Shown in pieces: positions 14,401 to 24,064 of a DNA stretch of 64,000 bases. The notes beneath the pieces are model-generated. The model had not been told where the DNA came from, ran no database searches, and worked only from the letters and a program-made list of their open reading frames with translations. The stretch is from a virus, in IMG/VR virus record IMGVR_UViG_3300043788_000114, positions 64,001-128,000 of that record. The stretch is one strand, 5' to 3'. Numbering within the stretch: position 1 is the first letter of the stretch; each line of letters starts with the position of its first letter. Both the position numbers and the translations under genes were made by a program.

Positions 14401-15083
14401 TGCAGCCTCGCAAATTCGCCATGATAAACCGTTGCCGCTGCGCAATAAGCTGCATAAGCAGACTCCCTGTCGACGAAAACACCAAGATTTATTTGCCGAT
14501 TATCGCTGTCAATCCGTGCCCTCCACTTCTTGAGATGCTTTTCCCACGTTACGCCTTTATAGCCAGATTGATTGGACCTGTACCTCCGCTGATTCCGCTT
14601 TTGCTCAAAATCGTTCGCAATCCTGAGATTGATCCTGCCTTCAATAAGCCGTCGATTATCGAGTGTATCGCCGAAGGCGTGGTCGCCCTCCCGCTTGTCG
14701 CCGTAAGGAAGTCCGAGAATTTCGCGGTGCATGAAAATCGAATATGATTTCCCATTTACCCGTGGGCTACAGCGTGCGGCATAATAACTGCGTGTATGCG
14801 GGTTCCAGTGCGCTTGCCACCTAAAAAGAGACAGCCACTTATAGTCTGACTGCCAGACCAACGCGTATTGTCCCTTCGTGAGCGGAATGAGGCGGCACGG
14901 AACGCCGTCAATCTTGAACCCTCCAAGCTCTGTTCGCGGAACTATGCGACCATGGCCAGTCAGGTACCTTCTCGGCTCGCCTTTGCGAACGGCCTCTTTT
15001 GTCCGTGTTTTGTTAGAGATCGTAGTTTTTTCGCCGCAGCCGCATTGGCAATATCCGTAAGGAATGTTGGCTATTGAACTCAT
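14397..15083 (-). CDS. HNH-AP2 homing endonuclease
   Basis: CQCGCG, MHREIL, DH..DTLDNRR..NLR, SGYKGV..WRARI..LG.F. Confidence 0.9.
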   Translation of the reverse strand: MSSIANIPYGYCQCGCGEKTTISNKTRTKEAVRKGEPRRYLTGHGRIVPRTELGGFKIDGVPCRLIPLTKGQYALVWQSDYKWLSLFRWQAHWNPHTRSYYAARCSPRVNGKSYSIFMHREILGLPYGDKREGDHAFGDTLDNRRLIEGRINLRIANDFEQKRNQRRYRSNQSGYKGVTWEKHLKKWRARIDSDNRQINLGVFVDRESAYAAYCAAATVYHGEFARLQ

Positions 15084-15433
15084 TGTTTATCCTTCGGTGG
15101 ACATGGCTTTCCGCCTGCATTATGGCTTGCCGCGTGGCACCAGAAGCAGCCGCCGACTAAATTATCTAGTCCCCATCCGAATCGTCGTCTAGTGTGAATG
15201 TGGACAAGATGCCAACGTTCAAATAGTTCTCCATCAAATGGCAAAACTCCTGAAAGATGCCTAGCGTCGAGAGGTTTGCCGTATTCATCCCGTAGCTCAC
15301 AGCGCCCTCCAGATCGCTCGTAGACGGCTTTCCTGATCGCGGCCTTCTCTTCCCTCGTCGGCTCGCCACGGCGCGGCGTAGCGCGCTTCCGGCGCACCGG
15401 AGTGTAGCGTCGGATCGGCCCGCTGCGTTTCAA
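15080..15433 (-). CDS. HNH-like nuclease
   Basis: RSGGRCE...H...NLVGGCFWCH. Confidence 0.65.
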   Translation of the reverse strand: MKRSGPIRRYTPVRRKRATPRRGEPTREEKAAIRKAVYERSGGRCELRDEYGKPLDARHLSGVLPFDGELFERWHLVHIHTRRRFGWGLDNLVGGCFWCHAASHNAGGKPCPPKDKQ

Positions 15434-16455
15434 AGGAAATCCTCATCGATGCCTGCCGCTGAGAGAACTTTTTCCGGAACGAACAGGTGCCGGTGATTCT
15501 CCCGGACCCACATCCGGACAGTTGCGTTTCCTGCCGCGTCCTTCTCGCTGATTCTCAGTTCCGCCAGCAAAAGATCGAATTTCGATGGCTCCGGAGGCGG
15601 CTCGTGCGCGCCGCGCATCATCCCCAGTTGCCAGCCGGTCAACTTGCTTCGTTTCATGGAAAATAGGCCCTCTGTTCTGCCGGTGTACCGGTCACGTCCT
15701 CGTACATCGCACGTCTGACGCGCTCTCGCATCTCCGGATCGAGCGTCGCCACGAACTCAAGAATGTTCTCTTCCCAATTCAAATCCCGGTGGTAAAGCGT
15801 CTCCGCCTCTTTGCCTTCAAACGGCGTCAGCGACAGATGACAGCCAAGATCGCTCGTGACCGGTACCCAGCGCGCCTGCTTCAGACGGTCGAACTTTATA
15901 AGCATCCACCACTGGCCCTGAATGCGCTCGGGTGGTTTGGTGCGGACCACTCCCCGGTCATTGCGGTAGCACCAGTAGCAGTAGAAGACGACGGTCCCGG
16001 CAGGAAACATGGACGGATCGAACGGGCGAGGATTCCAGAACTTTGCGCCCAGCTTTTCGAGCAGCCTACGCGCAACTTCTCCTTCATTTGGTGAGCCCGG
16101 TCGCTCCGCGAGACGACGGAGGGATTCAATCGTTTTGCTTTTGTTCCTCACAAACCGTCTCCTCGCTGTAATTCACGGTGCGCGTGGCCCAAACGTCGCG
16201 AGAGCGACCAAAGGACAACGTGATTTGGGTTCCACTTTTTCTCGCAGTGAGTCCGCCGCACGACAATGACAGATGATTGTCCCTGAGCGTTTGATGGAAA
16301 AGCCTTATAGCCTCAGCCTTCAGTTCTTCCTTCGAGGGCACGTGAGATTCTCTTCTGTCGCCCCATTTCCAGCGCGGAACTTGGTTCATTCGTTGCTGGA
16401 TTTCCGCAAATGGAAATTCTTCCATCAACGTCTCGAAAGCGTCTGCGAGTGTCAT
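15430..16455 (-). other. three coupled hypothetical genes (15430-15657, 15654-16151, 16126-16455)
   Basis: Overlapping stop/start codons in a minus-strand operon. Confidence 0.65.
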
Positions 16456-18161
16456 ACCGTCACCTCAAACAAAGGCTGGCTCTTCCCGTGCTTCTCCAAA
16501 TAGCGACGCGCCAGATTCTTGATGCGATCAGGATCGAGTTGCAACTTTTCTACCAATTCGGCGTTGGGATCACGGATACCTTTGATCTGCTGCTCCTTCA
16601 CGCCGTTTACTTCGACCATGAACGGATCGGAGCCTTCGTCGCTGACCATGAAGTAGACGTTGACCGGATTCTCCTGCCCGTCCCGCCAGACGCGGCCAAT
16701 GTTCTGCTCGTGGACCCCCGGCGACCAGTCTAATTCACCAAACACAACCATGTTGCAACTGCCTTGCAGGCCGTCGAGCCCAGCCCCGGCGCGCAGCGAC
16801 ATGATCAGAACCTTCGCTTCGCCGGAGATGAACCTCTTTTTTGCTTCTTCTTTCTGGGGGATGGATTCCTGCCCAGTGTACATCGCAAACGGAATGTCTT
16901 TGAATTTGTCCCTCCAGATCGCGTACACCGCGTGGTGCCAGCCGTAGAGAACGACCTTTTCCCCAGACTCGACGAGCAACTTGACGAACTCAGCCACGTA
17001 AGGAGCTTTGGCAACGCCTGTCGCTTGGCGGAGCCGCCAGTCAAACTCCTCGGCTGCGCGCATCTTGTCGAGCCCCGTGCCGCCAGCCTTCAAGAGCATT
17101 TCCGCCAACTCCGCACACGTCTTGCTGACTTGTTCGAGCGCGTAAAGATCGGCGTCCACGTGCTGCACATCGGAATAGCATGGCGGCAGTTCCCGGCCAA
17201 CTTCCTTGCGGGTTCTCCGCAACATCAGACCGGCCTCACGCATATAGGAACCGAATTCTGCCGGAGAGTGGATAGTGGCTTTGTCGCTCGATCCTCCGGA
17301 AGAGCACCATTCGGTAAAGAACTCATCAGCGGAGCCGAGAGCGCCGGGAGAGATCGTCTCCATCACGTTGTATATCTCACCGCCATAGTTGTAAATTGGC
17401 GTTGCGCTCATGCCCATGCGGAACTGAACGCTGTCGGCAATATGCTTGGCCGCTTCATAGCGATTACTTCCCCCATGCCTGAGTTCCTGCACCTCATCCC
17501 AGATCACAGATCGCGACGTCCTTGCGAGGGTGTCGGCCCATCCGGACAACTTGCTGTAGCTCAGGATCGCAACATCAGGATAAGGAATAGTGTGACCTCG
17601 TTTCCTCGTCAGATCGTATGGCTGACCTTTGTTGATCACCTGAACCGCAAGCCACGGAGCAAACTTCTCCAGCATGTTCTTCACTTGGATCGGAAGATGC
17701 GTAAGCGTCACATAGATCGCCGGACGAGTTCTTGGATCGCTCAGCGCCATAAAGGCCACGATGGTCTTTCCCAGCCCCACGTCATCGGCCAAGAGCAGAG
17801 AGCCGGTGGTCAGAAAGAGTGACGCCGCGACCGTTTGGTACTCGCGTTTTTCGCAGTTAATCTCGAACGCCAGAGGAGCCTGTTGCGCGCTCAGGAATTT
17901 GTCAACCAGAGCCATCTTCTCGCGATACTGCTTTGCCATCGTACTGATTTTATCGAGGCTTTTGCTCTCCAGCGGGTAGCGCTCCAAAAACCATTCCACA
18001 TCGCGGCAGTTTTCCGGTGTCATCGAAATGGTGAGCAGCCCGACTCGACTCTTGTTGACTTTTGGGAAGACACGCTTGAATCGCAAAGCGACATGCGGAA
18101 GCAGTTTGACACCGATCATTCTGCCATCCGTCGACACTTCAATTCTCCCGTAAGTCTTCAA
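16452..18161 (-). CDS. SNF2-family helicase
   Basis: LADDVGLGKT, DEVQ, SATP, LRRT, GLDG, QNIGRVWRDGQ. Confidence 0.93.
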   Translation of the reverse strand: MKTYGRIEVSTDGRMIGVKLLPHVALRFKRVFPKVNKSRVGLLTISMTPENCRDVEWFLERYPLESKSLDKISTMAKQYREKMALVDKFLSAQQAPLAFEINCEKREYQTVAASLFLTTGSLLLADDVGLGKTIVAFMALSDPRTRPAIYVTLTHLPIQVKNMLEKFAPWLAVQVINKGQPYDLTRKRGHTIPYPDVAILSYSKLSGWADTLARTSRSVIWDEVQELRHGGSNRYEAAKHIADSVQFRMGMSATPIYNYGGEIYNVMETISPGALGSADEFFTEWCSSGGSSDKATIHSPAEFGSYMREAGLMLRRTRKEVGRELPPCYSDVQHVDADLYALEQVSKTCAELAEMLLKAGGTGLDKMRAAEEFDWRLRQATGVAKAPYVAEFVKLLVESGEKVVLYGWHHAVYAIWRDKFKDIPFAMYTGQESIPQKEEAKKRFISGEAKVLIMSLRAGAGLDGLQGSCNMVVFGELDWSPGVHEQNIGRVWRDGQENPVNVYFMVSDEGSDPFMVEVNGVKEQQIKGIRDPNAELVEKLQLDPDRIKNLARRYLEKHGKSQPLFEVTV

Positions 18162-18514
18162 CCAAGCATCCCCCAGCCAAGGAATAGCACTTCCACTTTC
18201 TTACCGTTTATGATTCCGGGAACAATCGAATGGCGGCAGCGGTTAGTAATAATCAGCAAGTCTCCAACTTTTTCAGATTGCATGTAACGATGGACCTGCC
18301 TCATGACCGACGCGAGTGGATGACCAACTTTCACTTCGACCCCCGTGGTGCCTACCATGAAATCTATGCGGTCATGTTTCGTAAGCCTGACTTCGGCCAA
18401 AAACTCGATCTTCTCCTTTTCAAGCGCAACGCGAATGCCATCTTGTAATTCAGCCTCGCGTGTGTAATTGAAGCGATATGTGCCGAGAAGGTTGGAAAGA
18501 TCGCTCGCTGTCAC
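18158..18514 (-). CDS. PD-(D/E)xK nuclease-like protein
   Basis: EAELQ..RIDF..GVEVK..QVHRY. Confidence 0.75.
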   Translation of the reverse strand: MTASDLSNLLGTYRFNYTREAELQDGIRVALEKEKIEFLAEVRLTKHDRIDFMVGTTGVEVKVGHPLASVMRQVHRYMQSEKVGDLLIITNRCRHSIVPGIINGKKVEVLFLGWGMLG

Positions 18515-18939
18515 GCCGTCACCAACTGATTCACCTGATGCTTCGATCCCTTTCTTGGCCCTCTCTTACGCGCTGACATTATCCTGATATGCTCCATAAG
18601 TTGCGCCGTAGCGCAGCGCTTCCACACAAGCAGCGCGTCGGATGTACGAACTGGTTCACATGCCTCAGCGCGGTTGACTAAAACCATAATCGGAACATAT
18701 GGAGTGATCCTTTTTATCTTTACAACTAACTGTTGGGAAGTTACCTGACCTTCCAGATACGGTGACTCGTCTACGATCACTACCAGATCGATTACTCGCT
18801 CAGTGCGGACAATGTTCATACATTCCTGAGTGCTGCTCGCCGCGAGTGGTTTGTAGCCCTTGATGTCGAGCATATACTTCACCACTGAAAGCTCGCTCTC
18901 GTTGCTGTTGACGTAGATAATAATTTTGCGCGGCCTCAC
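18511..18939 (-). CDS. degenerate response-regulator receiver protein
   Basis: Receiver-like pattern with VNSNE in place of VDD; C-terminal ARKRGPRK. Confidence 0.75.
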   Translation of the reverse strand: MRPRKIIIYVNSNESELSVVKYMLDIKGYKPLAASSTQECMNIVRTERVIDLVVIVDESPYLEGQVTSQQLVVKIKRITPYVPIMVLVNRAEACEPVRTSDALLVWKRCATAQLMEHIRIMSARKRGPRKGSKHQVNQLVTA

Positions 18940-19883
18940 GCGGCACCTCCGGGGAATTGGTGATATACCTTTCCGTAAAGCGTATCTGCGGAACTCCTAC
19001 GGCCTATGCGAACCAGCGTGTGTACGTCGGAGTCCTCGTTTTCCAACGCTGGATCACCTAGCGGCCATTCGGTGCCGTCAGAGCGAAGGAACTTATGTGA
19101 GACGGAAGGATGCCTGCCAAATTCTTCATGGCCAGAATCGACCCATTCACCGTTCTGTTTGAAGAAAAACGGAACCTTCGCGTTCTCACATTGCTCGCGG
19201 ATGTCATCGGCCCAGTGACTCAACATCGGCCTTGCGTTGGCTCCAGACTCTCCACCAACAATCACCCATTCAAGTTTTTCGTGACCCTCACTACTACCGC
19301 CCATGTGACCATGAGACCCTGTAAGGACATCCCAAACAGAAACGAAGTTTCTTTCTGGATGTAGAATGCAACGCAAGTTAATTTCACTCAACAATGGCTC
19401 AGCGCTGATCCCATGGACGACTGCTGGAATGGATAGCAGGATAGGAATACGATGGTTTGCCGCTTCTTGATTCTCCGTCGAAGTGAGTAACCATACATTC
19501 GGATACCCAGCACCCCAGTCTGGCGGCAAACTATCTGCTATTCTCTCAGGCCGCTTCGTGCAAAGCTGGTAGATGAACTGTGGAGTGCGGCGCATGATTT
19601 CCCAAGCATCCGCGCGCCAAGGGTCGGCCTCTTCGATAAAAAAGTCAGACCACGAATCAACAAAGATACGCTTGATGTGTCCGTATTTCGCTGGATTAGC
19701 CGCCCATTTCAGCGGCGCGTTGAAGGTCGTGTCAGAAGATCGCACTACTACGCTTGGATTCTGCCCATAGCGTGATTTCTCTGCAAACATATAACAATTT
19801 TTGCAGCCTTGGCTGACTTTGTGGCAACCCTGCCAGCAGTTCCACGTCGCGTCGGTCCAGCTTATACCTGTTTTTTCGCCCAT
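18936..19883 (-). CDS. DUF5131 (phage Gp37/Gp68) radical-SAM-like protein
   Basis: TGISWTDATWN, C..VSQGCKNCY, TKRPER, WVIVGGESG, PFFFKQ. Confidence 0.93.
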   Translation of the reverse strand: MGEKTGISWTDATWNCWQGCHKVSQGCKNCYMFAEKSRYGQNPSVVVRSSDTTFNAPLKWAANPAKYGHIKRIFVDSWSDFFIEEADPWRADAWEIMRRTPQFIYQLCTKRPERIADSLPPDWGAGYPNVWLLTSTENQEAANHRIPILLSIPAVVHGISAEPLLSEINLRCILHPERNFVSVWDVLTGSHGHMGGSSEGHEKLEWVIVGGESGANARPMLSHWADDIREQCENAKVPFFFKQNGEWVDSGHEEFGRHPSVSHKFLRSDGTEWPLGDPALENEDSDVHTLVRIGRRSSADTLYGKVYHQFPGGAA

Positions 19884-19893
19884 TCGCTCCCCC

Positions 19894-21396
19894 TTAGAAA
19901 GGCGCTTCTTCGTCCGGCTCTTTCGTCTGACTGTAATTCATCTTTGCCTGCTCAGGTCCTTCCTTCTTCTTTTTCTTTCCGTGCCCATATTGCGGTTGCT
20001 GGATCGGAGCATTGTCCACCTGCTGGAGCGACAAGTCATCCTCGCCGCCAACGATCCGATAGTAAATGGGAGGGCAAGCTACCGAACTTTTTGTATGGAA
20101 TTGTACCTTCCTGATCAGGTTCTTCGGCTCAACTTCAGGATTCTCGACCGTCAGGCCCATGCCCCACTCTTTCCACCCGTTGATACCTCCGCCGCGCGCC
20201 CGGTCGAAGATGGTGCCTTTTTCGCTTTTCGAAAGGTGGTGAACGATGCACACCTGACACTTGCCTTCACGCTCGATTCTTTTCGCTGCTGCAAGGACTC
20301 TGGATGTTTCCTGATTGTCGTTCTCGTTGCCTTCCCAAAGACTTCGGAAGACGTCGAAGAACACAAACTCAATCTGCCGTTCTTTGATGTTCTCAATGAT
20401 GTCAACCAGATCGGGATTGCTTTGCAGTGTCCAGCTTTCACGCTGAGAGCGGGTGTTGACGTAGAGATATTCTTCAAGGTCGATCATGCCGATGAACTCT
20501 TTAACGCCGATGTCGGCACCGTTGAGCATTCTCTTCAATCTGCTTTGGGAGAGACCCGGAGCGTCTTCTCTGGCGACTAACCCGACTTTCACGCGCTTGG
20601 GAATGCGATGCTGAAACCACGCTACCCCGGAGACCAAGTGCAAAGCCAGATCGAAAATGAGAACGGACTTTGAAGTGCCTGAGTCGCCAAGGATGAGGCC
20701 GTTGCCTTCTTTCTGAATAATCCCGTCGACCGTCCATTCGATCTGCTCTGGCGCGGAGGCGATGAATGTGCGGGCTCCGATGAAGAACGGCTCTGGATTG
20801 CGAATGAGAGCGCGGCTCGACTCGCGCAGAGACTCAGTTTCTCGCTCAAGAGACTCAAGTGTGCTGATAGCATCTTCACTCTGGTCCGCCGCTCGGGCGA
20901 TGGTGGCCGAGCAGATGCCCATAAGACGGCGTGCAATGCTTTTATCCTTGCAAATCCGGATGTAGGCGTCGATGACTGGGCGGCGGGGAAGACCCTCGGT
21001 GAGTGAAGCCAGATAGGCAACACCGCCGATAGACTCCACTTCCTTGAATTTCGACAACCGCGCGCACAGCGTCACGATGTCGATGGTTTGACCATCTTCT
21101 TCAAGTTCGGCCATGCGCAGGTAAATGCGGCGATGAGAGTCGAGGCTGAAGTCATCCGGCGTGAGAGTCAGAGCGGTTTCTTTAATTGCGCGCTGATCGA
21201 GCAGGATGGCCCCGAGGATCGTCTTCTCCGCGTCGATGTTTGCGGGGAGACCAGCTTCGAGAGTTAAATCAGGAACCGGCTTGCGCGCCTCTCGCTGACG
21301 CTCAGGCGGAGCATTGTAGCTGGGCGCGGGCGCTTCTTCCTGCGGCGGCTCAGGAGTTTTATCGTCTGCGAAGAAATCTGTTGCGTCGACCGTCAT
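19894..21396 (-). CDS. replicative helicase: DnaB N-domain plus AAA_25/RepA-type ATPase
   Basis: LPANIDAEKTILGAILLD, GGVAYLASL; GDSGTSKS; VHHLSK; RARG. Confidence 0.85.
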   Translation of the reverse strand: MTVDATDFFADDKTPEPPQEEAPAPSYNAPPERQREARKPVPDLTLEAGLPANIDAEKTILGAILLDQRAIKETALTLTPDDFSLDSHRRIYLRMAELEEDGQTIDIVTLCARLSKFKEVESIGGVAYLASLTEGLPRRPVIDAYIRICKDKSIARRLMGICSATIARAADQSEDAISTLESLERETESLRESSRALIRNPEPFFIGARTFIASAPEQIEWTVDGIIQKEGNGLILGDSGTSKSVLIFDLALHLVSGVAWFQHRIPKRVKVGLVAREDAPGLSQSRLKRMLNGADIGVKEFIGMIDLEEYLYVNTRSQRESWTLQSNPDLVDIIENIKERQIEFVFFDVFRSLWEGNENDNQETSRVLAAAKRIEREGKCQVCIVHHLSKSEKGTIFDRARGGGINGWKEWGMGLTVENPEVEPKNLIRKVQFHTKSSVACPPIYYRIVGGEDDLSLQQVDNAPIQQPQYGHGKKKKKEGPEQAKMNYSQTKEPDEEAPF

Positions 21397-21773
21397 GCCT
21401 TCAATCTCCGTACCTGCGTCTCCGCAACCACCGGATCGGTAAGAATCTTCTCGCGTCCAGCCGCAAAATTAGGCCACACTTCGCGCGCTTCATCCATCGC
21501 TGCGAGGATGTCACCAAGGGATGGGAGCGCCGTCTCCCCCTCCTCCCTTTGGCTTTCCGCTAGCACCGCCATCGCCACCTGAAACGCCCTTAGGTCTAGC
21601 TGGCTCAAAATCTCCGTGTATAGTTCGAGGCTCACCTTGTCGAACTTCGCCTGACGGCAGATCGCCATCTTGGTCAGGAGGACTTTGATATTCTGCTCCT
21701 CCGAGAGATTCGGCAAGAACTGCCAAGTTGCTTTCTGCCTTGCTTGTAGGTACACGGGCATTATTTCCTCCAA
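21393..21773 (-). CDS. putative helicase loader/inhibitor-type small protein
   Basis: Lies between initiator and helicase; LY...LS.LD...LPSLGDI pattern. Confidence 0.5.
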   Translation of the reverse strand: MEEIMPVYLQARQKATWQFLPNLSEEQNIKVLLTKMAICRQAKFDKVSLELYTEILSQLDLRAFQVAMAVLAESQREEGETALPSLGDILAAMDEAREVWPNFAAGREKILTDPVVAETQVRRLKA

Positions 21774-22539
21774 GTGTGAGCGGCTTACCGAAACGATCTA
21801 TCGGGCCTCGTGCGTAATCGGTCAGGTTCCTAATCCACTTTGCAGGCCGTTCGCCATGGTTGACGTCGGATCGGGCGCGGTGCCCAAGTAGGTTCTTCAT
21901 CTCGACCCCAGTGATCCTCGGATTTGCCCGAAGAAACATCGCAAGGATTTTCCCCTCGGAGCCATCCCACGGAACTGTCATTCCGGGGTTCTGCGATTCC
22001 CAATAGAAACGGATTACTTCTTTGCAGACTCGGTACCGCTCGTCCGTGCTCTCGGTACGAGAGAGTTTTTGCTTTTGAGGTTTTACTGTCTCTGTCTGTG
22101 TCTTTGTTAGAGGGGGTTCTAGGGGGGGGGCGACACTACTACGCTCTGCGTGCGCTGTCCGTGCGCTGTCCACATCTTCCATACACGCTGAGCGTGCGCT
22201 GTTCGTTCGCTCTGCGCCAATCTTATGCTTTTCATAGACTGCTTTCGCTTCCAGCCAGCGGGCGTACTGCGGTAGGTTTCGAAGCCTGTTTGAGCCGTCT
22301 ATCTGCTCAAATTTACGCAGTATGCGTGGCCCATGGATCGCCCAGAGTTCATCCCCCAAGCCGCTTTTGTCGGCGAGGTCTATTGGGTCCATAGGTATGG
22401 TGCAGTCATCTGTTTGCCATGAATCGAGGAGGAGCCAGACATAGCCAGCGCGGGCGGCGGGGTGCATAGCTTGAACAGCGGGACTCGCTTTGAGCGCGTC
22501 AACCTCCATCGGCATCCACCTTTGCCATTTAGCTGGCAC
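21511..22539 (-). CDS. phage replication initiator (DUF1376/YdaU-like)
   Basis: WMPM...AGYVWLL..SW...IP.D...LA N-domain; operon position. Confidence 0.7.
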   Translation of the reverse strand: MPAKWQRWMPMEVDALKASPAVQAMHPAARAGYVWLLLDSWQTDDCTIPMDPIDLADKSGLGDELWAIHGPRILRKFEQIDGSNRLRNLPQYARWLEAKAVYEKHKIGAERTNSARSACMEDVDSARTAHAERSSVAPPLEPPLTKTQTETVKPQKQKLSRTESTDERYRVCKEVIRFYWESQNPGMTVPWDGSEGKILAMFLRANPRITGVEMKNLLGHRARSDVNHGERPAKWIRNLTDYARGPIDRFGKPLTLGGNNARVPTSKAESNLAVLAESLGGAEYQSPPDQDGDLPSGEVRQGEPRTIHGDFEPARPKGVSGGDGGASGKPKGGGGDGAPIPW

Positions 22540-22933
22540 TGTTGTAAATCCTGTTCGCGCTGAGGTAGTGATTGGGCTTCTTATCTGTGATCCGAGAGTT
22601 TTTGCCCGCGATCAGAGAGTTAAATCTAGGCCGGTACTTGGCAATAAACCAGCCTTCCATCGCGTCTCTGAAGTTCTTGGAAGCGCACGGTTGTATAGAA
22701 AACCTGAGATTACTTGCGGTTTCCGACGATACGATGAAATTGCCGACAAGATGTTGCGTTAAACAGATCGAGAGGTGGTTCTGGAGCCTCGCGCGAAGGT
22801 ATTTTGTCTGGCCGATGTAGACAGGACGATCTGAAAGAAACAGACAATAAATGCCGGGTCCGCGTGGGACCATGGACCATTTTCTGTCAGCTAAGCGCCA
22901 CAGCGAGACAGCCATAACCCCTCTTCGGGGCAC
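22529..22933 (-). CDS. GIY-YIG nuclease
   Basis: PGIYC...VYIGQT..LRARL..H, E..FI..YRPRFN. Confidence 0.85.
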   Translation of the reverse strand: MPRRGVMAVSLWRLADRKWSMVPRGPGIYCLFLSDRPVYIGQTKYLRARLQNHLSICLTQHLVGNFIVSSETASNLRFSIQPCASKNFRDAMEGWFIAKYRPRFNSLIAGKNSRITDKKPNHYLSANRIYNSAS

Positions 22934-23087
22934 ACTTTACCCGTAAGCTAAACCAAATGATTTGCTTGGAGAAAAGGATGCCAGCGAATTTGCCACGCCT
23001 AAAGAGTCACGCGGGGCCGGTTTTGAAGACCGACCCCGGAACTTTTCGCTGGCGGGGCATCCCGGTCATGACTCCGGGACATCCGCA

Positions 23088-23116
23088 ACCCTAAACGTTC
23101 GTTTCCCACATGTCAA
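23088..23116 (-). promoter_or_regulatory. leftward promoter (replication operon)
   Basis: TTGACA-17bp-TAGGGT on minus strand. Confidence 0.6.
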
Positions 23117-23270
23117 CTGTGAATATTGCGGAAAAAGCAACCTCTGCGCTTTTATATGCAACAAACCATTACTACTTTGGTTCAATAATCAGATGACATG
23201 TGGTGGAACAAATCGAGTAAGTATCTGAATATAAAGGACAACAAAAATCATAATTCCATACAGATACCGC

Positions 23271-23299
23271 TTGACATCCTCTGCGCTCGGGTGTACGGT
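23271..23299 (+). promoter_or_regulatory. rightward promoter
   Basis: TTGACA-17bp-TACGGT. Confidence 0.65.
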
Positions 23300-23363
23300 T
23301 TCATCAATAAACGGGCAATTACCGCAGCGAACCGGCAAAATCAGGCACACCGGGAGTGAGAAC

Positions 23364-23783
23364 GTGAAAGAGCGTACTTTGCAGGATGTGAAAGCGGGCG
23401 ATCTGATCGGCCCGGTGCGAATTCCACTTCGTGGGCAGGAAGAGGAGTGGACCGGAGTTCTCCATCCAGTGACCAGAGTCGCTACCAAGCGATTCATGAT
23501 GGGTGGGCGCTGGTACGACAAAGCAACCGGGCGAGAAATTGGGGCGCGTTTGTCGAGCTACCGATACATCCTAGCAACGCCGGAGATGATCGCCAAACAC
23601 CGCGCCAAGCAGACCGCCGCCCAAGAGGCAGAGGACACGTTGAAGGCTTTCCATGCTAGGCCCGACTACCGCGACGCCTCCGCGATCCACTTCCTGCTCG
23701 ACCAGATGAGCCCCGGCGAGCATCCTCTCGACAAGTTGACGCCAGCGGAGTGGGCTGAGTTCCGCAGAAAGTTGGAAGCGTGA
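23364..23783 (+). CDS. hypothetical protein
   Basis: SD and GTG after promoter. Confidence 0.65.
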   Translation: MKERTLQDVKAGDLIGPVRIPLRGQEEEWTGVLHPVTRVATKRFMMGGRWYDKATGREIGARLSSYRYILATPEMIAKHRAKQTAAQEAEDTLKAFHARPDYRDASAIHFLLDQMSPGEHPLDKLTPAEWAEFRRKLEA

Positions 23784-24064
23784 GCGAGCCTAACTTCACA
23801 CCGGGGCCGTGGACGCTCACTAAGTTCGACCAAGGCTTTATGATCCACGATGCTGACGGCAACCTTGTGGAGACTGTATACACGGGCGAAGCCAACGCTC
23901 GCCTGATAGCCGCCGCGCCGGACCTGTACGCCGCTCTAAAAAGGTCACGCGCATTGCTGAGTTCACTTGCGGGCGCGAGGTTTAGCAACGAAATTGTGCC
24001 TGCGTTAATTAACGAACAGGTTGCGTTGATCGACGCTGCACTCGCAAAGGCATCTAAGCCATGA
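23780..24064 (+). CDS. phage TPGPW...ANARLIAAAP family protein
   Basis: Signature motifs. Confidence 0.8.
   Translation: MSEPNFTPGPWTLTKFDQGFMIHDADGNLVETVYTGEANARLIAAAPDLYAALKRSRALLSSLAGARFSNEIVPALINEQVALIDAALAKASKP
23799..23931 (+). repeat. 133-bp perfect inverted repeat, copy 1
   Basis: Identical to reverse complement of 43064-43196. Confidence 0.95.

Noticed and set aside
16764-17822. Long antisense ORFs (also 8797-9561, 25771-26625, 34572-35558, 51050-51871)
   Set aside because: They lie opposite well-supported genes in GC-rich DNA and show no motifs.
23012-23040. Minus-strand hairpin with CTTCAAA loop resembling a tRNA-Sec anticodon arm
   Set aside because: No T arm, acceptor stem or CCA around it.
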